Positions 28,268 to 36,600 of a DNA stretch of 64,000 nt are shown piece by piece. The notes beneath the pieces are model-generated. The model made no database searches and was not told where the DNA came from. It worked only from the letters and a program-made list of their open reading frames with translations. The stretch is from Chthoniobacteraceae bacterium (GTDB lineage Bacteria; Verrucomicrobiota; Verrucomicrobiia; Chthoniobacterales; Chthoniobacteraceae), in NCBI GenBank assembly GCA_031409655.1, contig JANNXQ010000105.1:10387-74386 (forward strand), read 5' to 3'. Positions within the stretch are counted from its first letter, which is position 1. Every line of letters starts with the position of its first letter. A program made the translations under genes and the position numbers.

Positions 28268-29947
28268 TTACTTTTGGACTTGGCGGGAAAGTTCGGCGGC
28301 GACGAGTCGCAGCTCATTCCACGGGAGAGAGGCGCCGGGCTTTCCGAGCACGGCGAAATAGACGGTGCCGAGCCTGTAAATGAGGCAATGCGCGCCGCGG
28401 GTGGTGAAAAGAAGGTCATCGACTTCGCCGAGTTTCATCTCGCCGGCGTATTGATTGAGGCGGCCGAAGATCTGCGGGAGGAAGGCGGAGATGGTCTCGG
28501 CATTCACGCCGTCGGGGAGCTGGTGCGCGACCTGGAAGCCTTCCTGCAAGGCGACGACGGCACCGGCGACTCCGGGGAGACCGACGACGCGGGCAATGAG
28601 TTCGGCTGGCGTCCAGGAATCCTTGTCTGGCTCGCCAAAGGCAGCGCCGACAGCGGACTTCGGAGGCGCGGCGGGAGTTTCGGAAACTGGGGCTTCTGCC
28701 ACGGGATCGGAGGCCGGTTCGGGGAGGGCTGCTTCTTCCGCTGGGGTCTCTGCGGGAGCCTCGATCACTGGCGCAAGCGCGAGCGGAGCTTCGGCAGCGG
28801 GTGCTTCTACGACCGCCGCTTCAGGAGCTTCAGGAGTTGCGGGTGCGAGAGGTGCGACTGGCTCAGGCTCGGACTTTCGAGCGTTGAAGAGCGCCGGAAT
28901 GCTTTCGTCAACGAGCGCGGACTTGCGGCCCGTCGTGGGGCGCTTCGTCTGCGCCAGGAACGCGGGGGCGATGACTTTCAGCGGCAGGACGATTTCCGTT
29001 GTTGGATCGACGGCGGACGTTCCCGCGATGGCCGGCGTGAGCCACGCCCGGATTTGTCCCCAGGTGAAAGCGATCTTCCCGCGAGCCATCCCACCATTGA
29101 GTTCGGACGTGGGGAGAGACACCGTGGTTTGCGGATCGAGATCTTTGAGTTCGGCGACGATGGCTTCCGGCCATTTCGCGGAGACCGTGTTCACCGGGAG
29201 AACGAGTGCGGTGCCCGGTGCGACAGGCGCGGTGGGTGCGACGACTTCCGCGGGCTTGCTCTCGGGTGCGGGGGCTGGGGTGGCCTTCGCGATCGCGGGC
29301 TTCTGGGGTTCCCGCTTGGCGGCGGACTGCTTGAAGTCAGTCGGCGGCGCGACGATCCGCATCGCCGAGGGCGCAGCCTCGGGCTGCTCCAGCGGTGCCA
29401 TATCGGCTGTGGGGTCGATCTCCAAAACCTCGGCGGGCTTCGGCTTCTGGGCGGCGTTGGGAGTCGAAGGTGGCGGTGCGTTGCGGGAATTAAAGACGGC
29501 GAGATCTTCGGGCGGTGTCTCCACAGAGCGTTGATCAGTGCGACGCTTGAAGGACTTTGGCTTGACGTGTTTGAAAACTTCCGCGAGCGGCACCTCGACC
29601 ATCCGCTTATCCCCGGTGGGGAGCGGCTTGAACATCCCAGCGGGCGCCTGGCGATGCAGTGAGGCGAGCGACATCCGCACGACGCCGTTGGCGAGTTGCT
29701 TGACGATCGTCTGGATCGGCAGCACCACCGTCGCCGAGGGAGCGGGCTCCTTGAGGATGAGGGCCCGAAGATCCTCGGGAAGTCGCGCCACGATGGCTGG
29801 CAGCGAGAGTTTCGCGACTTCGACTTTGTTCATCTGGATCGCGGACTCGTACTGAGCCTGCGGGATCGGGGGCGGCTCGACTGCGGCCAGTGCGTTGTCT
29901 TTCTTGGGAGGTGCCTTGCCGAAGAGTTTCTTAAAGATGGTGAGCAT
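28268..29947 (-). CDS. Multidomain protein: duplicated unknown domain, Pro/Ala linkers, C-terminal roadblock/LC7
   Basis: C-terminal LPGVAGAVVALQEGFQVAHQLP...MKLGEV...FAVLG; first gene of the mgl operon. Confidence 0.82.
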   Translation of the reverse strand: MLTIFKKLFGKAPPKKDNALAAVEPPPIPQAQYESAIQMNKVEVAKLSLPAIVARLPEDLRALILKEPAPSATVVLPIQTIVKQLANGVVRMSLASLHRQAPAGMFKPLPTGDKRMVEVPLAEVFKHVKPKSFKRRTDQRSVETPPEDLAVFNSRNAPPPSTPNAAQKPKPAEVLEIDPTADMAPLEQPEAAPSAMRIVAPPTDFKQSAAKREPQKPAIAKATPAPAPESKPAEVVAPTAPVAPGTALVLPVNTVSAKWPEAIVAELKDLDPQTTVSLPTSELNGGMARGKIAFTWGQIRAWLTPAIAGTSAVDPTTEIVLPLKVIAPAFLAQTKRPTTGRKSALVDESIPALFNARKSEPEPVAPLAPATPEAPEAAVVEAPAAEAPLALAPVIEAPAETPAEEAALPEPASDPVAEAPVSETPAAPPKSAVGAAFGEPDKDSWTPAELIARVVGLPGVAGAVVALQEGFQVAHQLPDGVNAETISAFLPQIFGRLNQYAGEMKLGEVDDLLFTTRGAHCLIYRLGTVYFAVLGKPGASLPWNELRLVAAELSRQVQK

Positions 29948-29973
29948 GCGATCGCGGTTTCAGCGTTGTCGCT

Positions 29974-29989
29974 AGCAGGGTCAGTGCCA
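29974..29989 (-). promoter_or_regulatory. Putative sigma54 promoter of the mgl operon
   Basis: Minus strand TGGCACTGACCCTGCT (GG-N10-GC), 27 nt upstream of the ATG. Confidence 0.55.
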
Positions 29990-30029
29990 CTCCTGCTTCC
30001 GTGGAAAAACTCCCGGCACTCAGCAGACG

Positions 30030-30045
30030 TGGCGTGTCTTGTGCT
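30030..30045 (+). promoter_or_regulatory. Putative sigma54 promoter of the response-regulator operon
   Basis: TGGCGTGTCTTGTGCT (GG-N10-GC). Confidence 0.4.
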
Positions 30046-30123
30046 AATCTCACTGGCCCGCAAGGGGCCGCCGCAAAACGCGCCACCGCCCGCAAAGCCT
30101 TTCAGAATCAAGAATCACAGCCC

Positions 30124-31179
30124 ATGCCAGCCCGCCACAAGATCCTGATCCTCGACGATGAACATGACATCCTCGAGATCTATCAAGAGATCCTCGCCCG
30201 CATTCCGAGCCAGCCGGAGATTCACACGGCGGACTCCGGGCCGCGGGCGCTGGCGCTCCTCGAAAGTGAGACTTTCAATCTGCTCCTCGTCGATCTGCGC
30301 ATGCCGACGATGGATGGCTTCCAAGTGCTGACCATCGTGCGCCGCCGCTTCCCGACGCTGCGGGTGGTGGTGATGACCTCGGCGCAGGATGAGCAATTCC
30401 GGGCCCGCGCTTATGCCATGGGCATCGACCTCTATCTGGAGAAGCCGAAGACCGGAAAGGAGATCATCAACTTTGTCGATTGCATCGAGTCGATGCTCGA
30501 GCGCGAAGATGGGGGTGGCTTCCGCGGGGTGCAAAGCAAGACCCTCATGGACATCATCCAGCTTGAGTGTCTCACGCAGAGTTCCTCGATCTTGCGGATC
30601 GCGAGCGGTCCTGGGGAAGGGCGCATCTGGCTGACCAAGGGTGAGATCATCGACGCGGCGACGGGTGAGTTACTTGGGCGCGAAGCTTTCCTCGAGATGT
30701 TGCGTTGGAAGTCGGGGAGCTTTGAAATTCTGCCGAGTGATTCGCCGCGCCCGCGGACGATCTTTGTGAGTTACGAGAGTCTGCTCATGGAGACAGCGCA
30801 GACGATCGACGAGACGAAGGTTGACGAGGTCGCGGTTGCGGATGTGGACCCCAGCTCGCTCGCGAATCTCTCCCGCTACAAGGGCGTGCAGTTCGTCGTC
30901 GCGGTGCAGGGCGGCGAACCCATGAAATTTGACCACTGGGCGGCGGAGAATCCGGAACGGATGGCCGCCTGGATTCAGCAAACGACGCGCGCCTTTCAGA
31001 CCCTCGGGGATCGCCTGGAAGCGGGCCAGCTCGAAACCCTCGAAGCGCTCGGCGCGCAGCGTCATGTGGCGCTCGTCTGCGCCGATGAAAATGCGCTCGG
31101 CGTCGGCTTTACCCGCTCCGCCAGCCTCACCCACATCCGTGAAACCATGAAGCAGATCGAAGCCAAATGGGCGTGTTAA
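30124..31179 (+). CDS. Response regulator: REC + DUF4388 (PATAN-like) + roadblock-like C-terminus
   Basis: ILILDDE, VDLRMPTMDG, MTS, KP; then GFRG..LMDIIQL..GRIWLTKGEIIDA..W.SGSF..ESLLME. Confidence 0.9.
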   Translation: MPARHKILILDDEHDILEIYQEILARIPSQPEIHTADSGPRALALLESETFNLLLVDLRMPTMDGFQVLTIVRRRFPTLRVVVMTSAQDEQFRARAYAMGIDLYLEKPKTGKEIINFVDCIESMLEREDGGGFRGVQSKTLMDIIQLECLTQSSSILRIASGPGEGRIWLTKGEIIDAATGELLGREAFLEMLRWKSGSFEILPSDSPRPRTIFVSYESLLMETAQTIDETKVDEVAVADVDPSSLANLSRYKGVQFVVAVQGGEPMKFDHWAAENPERMAAWIQQTTRAFQTLGDRLEAGQLETLEALGAQRHVALVCADENALGVGFTRSASLTHIRETMKQIEAKWAC

Positions 31180-31883
31180 AACCTCTCGCCCGCACTGTCA
31201 AACCGCACCGGATCGAGCGTCTGCCGAGCGGCTGTTTTACGCTGCATCGTGGCGGGATCATCGTGGCCTCCACGCTGCCTTCCACTTTTCCGCAACAGAA
31301 GATGCTGGAGATCGGGCGCGCCGTGCTCGCCGCGTTTAAGAGCGCGGAGGAGATCGAACTGCCGCTCACCGATCTGCACATTCACTTCAGCGGGATGCTC
31401 GTCACGGCGCGGGAGTTACGCGGCGGCACCCTCATTTTCATTCAGCCCGTCACGCTCCAGCTCCCATCCAGCCTCACTCCGCCCGCCATGCATCATAAGA
31501 ACCTCGACGAATTCGTCCTGCACCTCGAAAACTACATTGAGTGCTGGAAGCAGTTTAATCACTACGTGGGCCTGGCCCGGGAAAAGAAACATACCAAGGA
31601 CGACGAGGCCCAATTTCTCGAAGTGAAGAGCATCATCGCGCAGGGGCTGGAGGCGATCTGCGCCTCGGTGGAAAAAGGCGGACCGCGCAAAGAGGAAGTG
31701 CATTCGCTCTTTGGCAATGCTCCTAGCTTGCGCCATCTCGCGGAGGTCGAGGAAGCCATGACGACCGTCGAGGGACAGTGGCACAAGGTCTATCTGACGC
31801 TGCAATCCTTGCTCGGCCAACTCAAGGTCCAGCAGAATAAGAACGAACGCGGGATCGGCTGGAGCTTATTCGGGAAGCGTTAG
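31167..31883 (+). CDS. Hypothetical protein: roadblock-like N-terminus fused to a helical domain
   Basis: GCFTLHRGGIIVASTLP...ARELRGGTLIF, then MHHKNLDEF...LENYIECWKQF...WSLFGKR; possible internal start at 31488. Confidence 0.7.
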   Translation: MGVLKPLARTVKPHRIERLPSGCFTLHRGGIIVASTLPSTFPQQKMLEIGRAVLAAFKSAEEIELPLTDLHIHFSGMLVTARELRGGTLIFIQPVTLQLPSSLTPPAMHHKNLDEFVLHLENYIECWKQFNHYVGLAREKKHTKDDEAQFLEVKSIIAQGLEAICASVEKGGPRKEEVHSLFGNAPSLRHLAEVEEAMTTVEGQWHKVYLTLQSLLGQLKVQQNKNERGIGWSLFGKR

Positions 31884-31908
31884 CGACGGAGGCCGCGCTC
31901 CAGGGCAC

Positions 31909-32148
31909 TCAGTGGCAGCCGCAGCCGGTGCCGCAGGAGCCACCGCTGCTTTTCATCTGTCGCTGCATGTCGGCGTGCTTCGGCGGATGGCCTTTGCCCA
32001 TGTAGCCGAGGCCGCCGGTGATCACGCGCCGGATGGGTTCGCCGGTTTCCGGATGTTTTGTGAGAGCCGCGTCTTTCATGCTCTGCCGGAACTCAAAGCT
32101 GCGCTTGGGCTTCTTGGCGTCGGTGGTTTCGTAGAGGTAGGTGGCCAT
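31909..32148 (-). CDS. FmdB-family zinc-ribbon-like protein (Cys-less ribbon variant)
   Basis: MATYLYE...FEFRQSMKDAALTKHPETGEPIRRVI; C-terminal CGTGCGCH. Confidence 0.8.
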   Translation of the reverse strand: MATYLYETTDAKKPKRSFEFRQSMKDAALTKHPETGEPIRRVITGGLGYMGKGHPPKHADMQRQMKSSGGSCGTGCGCH

Positions 32149-32234
32149 GGGATCAGGGATGAGAAAGGGGGGCGAAAGGTGGATGCAAATTAGTAATGCC
32201 CACGGAACTCTCAACGCTCAACTTTTCGCACCCG

Positions 32235-32263
32235 TTGACACCCCGTCCGCTCGCGGCTAGCTC
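32235..32263 (+). promoter_or_regulatory. Putative sigma70 promoter
   Basis: TTGACA-17 nt-TAGCTC, 10 nt before the ATG at 32273. Confidence 0.45.
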
Positions 32264-32272
32264 AGGATTTCT

Positions 32273-33475
32273 ATGAATGCTCCGTCCCGCTGTGCCGCCC
32301 TCGTCCTCCTCGCACTTTCCACGGCCTCCGCTGCGGACTGGCCGCACTATCGCGGGCCTTCGCTCAATGGCGTCACGGCAGAGAAACTCCCTGCCTCGAT
32401 CCCTGCCGAGCCGAAGCAGCTCTGGAAGCAGTCGCTCGGCACCGGCGTCTCCGCGGCGACGGTCGTCGGGGAGCGCGTCTATACGATGGGCAATGTGCGG
32501 GACAAGGACGTCATCTATTGTCTCGAAGCAGCGACCGGGAAGGAGATCTGGAAGCACACTTTCGCGCTGCCGGTGGATGCGAAAAACTTTGAGGGCGGCC
32601 CCCGCTCCACGCCGACGGTGGACGCCGGGAAGGTCTATACTTTGAGCCACTCCGGCGATGTCTGGTGCCTGGACGCGGGCTCGGGGAGAGCGCTCTGGAA
32701 CAAGCACCTGATGCAGGATTTCAAGGGCCGCCGACCGAGTTGGGGCTACGCCGGTTCACCGACGATCGAGGGCGGGCTCGTGCTTTTCGACGCGGGCGGG
32801 AGCGGCGGCTCGACGATCGCCCTGAACAAAGCCACCGGCGCGCTCGCCTGGCAATCTGGCGGGCAGGAGGGCGGCTACGGCAGCGTGGTCGTCGGGATGC
32901 TGGATGGCCGCCGGACGGCTGTCGTCTTCAAGGCGCAGGAGACCGTGGGCCTCGATGTGAAGGACGGCCGCGGGCTCTGGTCCGCGCCCTGGAAGACTTC
33001 CTACGACGTGAACGCCAGCACCCCGCTGATCCTCGGTCAGCAGGTCCTCGTGACTTCCGGCTACGGCACTGGCGCGACGCTCCTGGAGATCTCCGGCGGG
33101 AAAGTGACGACGAAGTGGAAGACGAAGAATCTGCGCGGGCAGTTCAATAGCCCGGTGGTCTGGCAGGGCCACGTCTTCGGGATCGACGGCAACGACGGCC
33201 CGCGCGGAGCCCTCGTCTGTCTGGAGCTTTCCTCCGGCGACTTAAAGTGGAAGGAGCCAATCGGCGGCGGCGCGCTGATCTGTGCGGACGGGAAGCTCAT
33301 CGTCTTGAACGAAAAAGGGGAGGTGATCGTCGCTGCGGCCGCGGCCTCCGGCTACCGACAAATCGCCCGCTGGCAGGCGCTGGGTGGGCATTGCTGGGTG
33401 CAGCCAGTCTTCGCGGGTGGCCGACTTTACTGCCGGAATAATGCCGGGGACATGGTCTGCTTTGAGATGAAGTGA
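32273..33475 (+). CDS. Secreted PQQ-like (BamB-type) beta-propeller protein
   Basis: Signal peptide, DWPHYRGP, repeated C/ALDxxTGxxxW and STP/SP motifs. Confidence 0.9.
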   Translation: MNAPSRCAALVLLALSTASAADWPHYRGPSLNGVTAEKLPASIPAEPKQLWKQSLGTGVSAATVVGERVYTMGNVRDKDVIYCLEAATGKEIWKHTFALPVDAKNFEGGPRSTPTVDAGKVYTLSHSGDVWCLDAGSGRALWNKHLMQDFKGRRPSWGYAGSPTIEGGLVLFDAGGSGGSTIALNKATGALAWQSGGQEGGYGSVVVGMLDGRRTAVVFKAQETVGLDVKDGRGLWSAPWKTSYDVNASTPLILGQQVLVTSGYGTGATLLEISGGKVTTKWKTKNLRGQFNSPVVWQGHVFGIDGNDGPRGALVCLELSSGDLKWKEPIGGGALICADGKLIVLNEKGEVIVAAAAASGYRQIARWQALGGHCWVQPVFAGGRLYCRNNAGDMVCFEMK

Positions 33476-33683
33476 CCGAGCGGGGCGGGTTGCTGGTCTT
33501 CGTTTCGCACTCCGGGTGCGATTCCCGGCCAAGACACTGCCGGTGTCCTGTGCGATGGTTGCGATGGTTTAGCAGCCGTCCTTCCCCAGGCGGTCGCATC
33601 CAAGCCCCTCCGGAATCGAGCATCGGAAACGACGTTCGCGACGGCGGGGCCGTCTGCCGAAATCGCCCGAAAATCCCCACTTC

Positions 33684-36600
33684 ATGCCTCGCAAGTTCAC
33701 GCTCTTCGCCGCCGTTCTGGCCATTTCGACGCTCGCGGTGCTGCTCCAGCCAAAGCGGACGCCGAGCGCGCCGGCGCATCCGCTCCCCGAAGGCGCGCCG
33801 CTCGCGGTCGCTGCTCCCGAGCCCGTCCGCGTGGTGCCAGCCGCCGCGTCTCGGATCGCGGCCCAATTCCCGGTGGCGGTTCCCGCGAAAGCGGAGCCCT
33901 TCACCGAATGGACCGCGCGTTTTCTCACCACTCCAGCGCAGGATCGCCCGGCGCTCGTCGCCGAGGGCGTGCAGCGCGCGGCGGCCCGGCGCCCCGTCTT
34001 TAAGAAGCTCATCCAGGAAGATCCGCGCCGTGCGCTCGCCGAGGCCGTGCCGATGGTCGTGCGGCAGCAGCTTCCGGCGGAAATCCTCACGCAGCTCGAG
34101 CAGCGCGTGAATGGCGTCGGGGCCCTGCGGGTCTATCAAGGCGTGCCGGCGGAAGCGGCACCGACTCCAACGAAATCGCTGACCGTCCGCAAAGTGGAGA
34201 TGCGTGATGGTGCGACGTATCAGGCGCACGTCTATGGGCGGCGCGCGGAGACGGTCCTCTGGACGCCGGGCGCGTCGCTCAATGGCGTGGCGATCGATAC
34301 GGAGTTTGCGGTCAATGAGGATCCCTTCCGTCAGCTGGAAGTCGGCGAAAAGCCAGATGCTGCGAAGCCGATCGCCTCGCTGTGTCCGGTCTCGGGAAAG
34401 AATGCCGTGGACGCGGAGCACGCGAGCGAGCCGGTGGCGGAGACCACCCCGGCGATCGAGACCGCCACGGAGACGCTCTTTTTCTGCGATGGGTCGCACA
34501 TCACTTTGTATAAAGGGACGCTGATCATGGCGGAGGGCGGCAGTGGCGGGGCTTTTGGGTACACGGGTATCCTGCCGGCGGTGCCGACGCCATCCATTGG
34601 CGTGGTGCGGGTGCTTTTCCTGCCCGTCACCTATCTCGACCAAAACGCAGTCCCTTGCACCGAGGCCAAGGGGTATCAACTCCTGCGCGACGTCAGTGAT
34701 TTTTATGCGAAGTCCTCCTTCGGCAAGCTGACCCTCGTGCCGGTGGTGACGCCGCCGATCAAGCTCCCCCACACCGAGGCCTGGTACATCCAGCGCGACA
34801 CCAGCAATGGCGGCGACATCGACGGCGAGGGCACGTCCCACAACCACGCGCGCACCGAGGCCCGGCGGATGGGCTTTGACGACGCCAACTACGATTGCGT
34901 GGTCATGCGGCACGAAGGTGGCCCCGGCGCGTATGGCGGACTCGGCGGTGGGAGCAGCGTCTGGGTGCGGGGCGACAGCGTGGCCACGCTGGCCCACGAG
35001 ATCGGCCACTGCTTCGGTCTCGCGCACGCCAATTTCTGGGACACCGCGGGCACCAGCGCGATCGGCAATGGCACGAATGGCGAATACGGCGACCCCTACG
35101 ACAACATGGGCAGCGGCGGCTTCCCCGCGGCGCAGTACAATGCTCAGGCCAAGAACCAAACCAAGTGGTTGCCAGACGCCTTCATTCAGCGCGTCACGCA
35201 GTCCGGCATGTATCGCATCTACGCCTTTGATCAGACCTCGCTCGATCCCTCGAACCGCTACGCGCTGACCATCGTGAAAGACGCGCAGCGCACCTACTGG
35301 GGCGAAGTGCGCTCGCTTTTCACCACGAACCCGTGGACGGAAAAGGGCCTGATCCTCGGCTGGCGCTTCCCGAGCGGCGGCGGCAACAACATCCAGCTCA
35401 TCGACACCACGCCCGGCACCCCGGCAGGCAATAGCAGCAAGGAAGACGCGCCCATTTCCCTCGGCAGCACCTTCTCGGATTTCGAGAGCGGCATCCACAT
35501 CACCACGGTGAATGTGAACGCGTCCCCGCGCTACGTGGAGGTCGTGGTTAATGTCGGAGATTTCCCCACGAACCAAGCGCCCACGCTGGCTCTCGCAGCT
35601 TCGACGGATGTCGTGCCTGTCGGCGGCACCGTGACTTTCACCGCCACGGCCAGCGATCCGGACAGCGATCCGCTGGCCTACGGCTGGCAGCATTTCGGGG
35701 ATACGAATTACAAAGTCGTCGAGGCCAGCGGCCCGGTCATCACCCGCACCTTCACCGCCGCCGGAACCTATGTCGTCACTTGCACCGCCAGCGATATGAA
35801 GGGCGGCACCGCCACGCGTTCGCGGCTCATCACGGTGGGCAGTGGGAACGGGCGTTTCACCATCAGCGGGCGCATCACGCAGCTCGGCCAGGGTCTGGCG
35901 GGCGTGACCGTGAAGGCGAACGGCGCCAACGGCGTCGTCACCGATAGCGACGGCTACTACGCGGTCCCGAATCTCACCGCGAATACCTACGTGCTGTCGC
36001 CGCTGCTTTACGGCTACGCGTTTGGCGAACTTTTTGAAAACAACGTGTCCGTCGGACCGAGCTTCACCGGCGCGAATTTTGTCGCCGCGGAGGACTCCGC
36101 GGTGACGATCGCCGCGTCCCTGCCGACGGCGAACGAACTCGCGCCCGTGACCGCGGGTCGCTTCACCTTCACCCGCACCGGCGACATCTCGCAGACGCTC
36201 TTGGTGAATGTGAACACCGTGCAAGGCAGCGCGACGAAGACGACCGACTACACGCTCACGCCGGATTACGTCACGGCCAGTCAGGGCTTCAGCAGCTTCA
36301 TGATTCCCGCGGACTCCGCGACGCTCGATGTGGTCGTGACGCCGGTCGTGGACACCGCAGCGGAAGGCCCCGAGACCGTGACGCTCCAGGTCGGCCCCGG
36401 CATCGGCTACGTGATCGGCGGTCAAGCCAGCGCGACCGTCACGATCGCGGATGACGACACCACTCTGCCCAAGGTCTCCGTCTCCTTCGCGCCCAGTTCC
36501 ATCGGGGAAAACTCCGGTTCACTGGCGGTCCTCACTTTCAGCGCCGCCGCGCCCGTCGCCGCGAATCTCACGATCAACTACACGGTCACCGGCACCGCGA

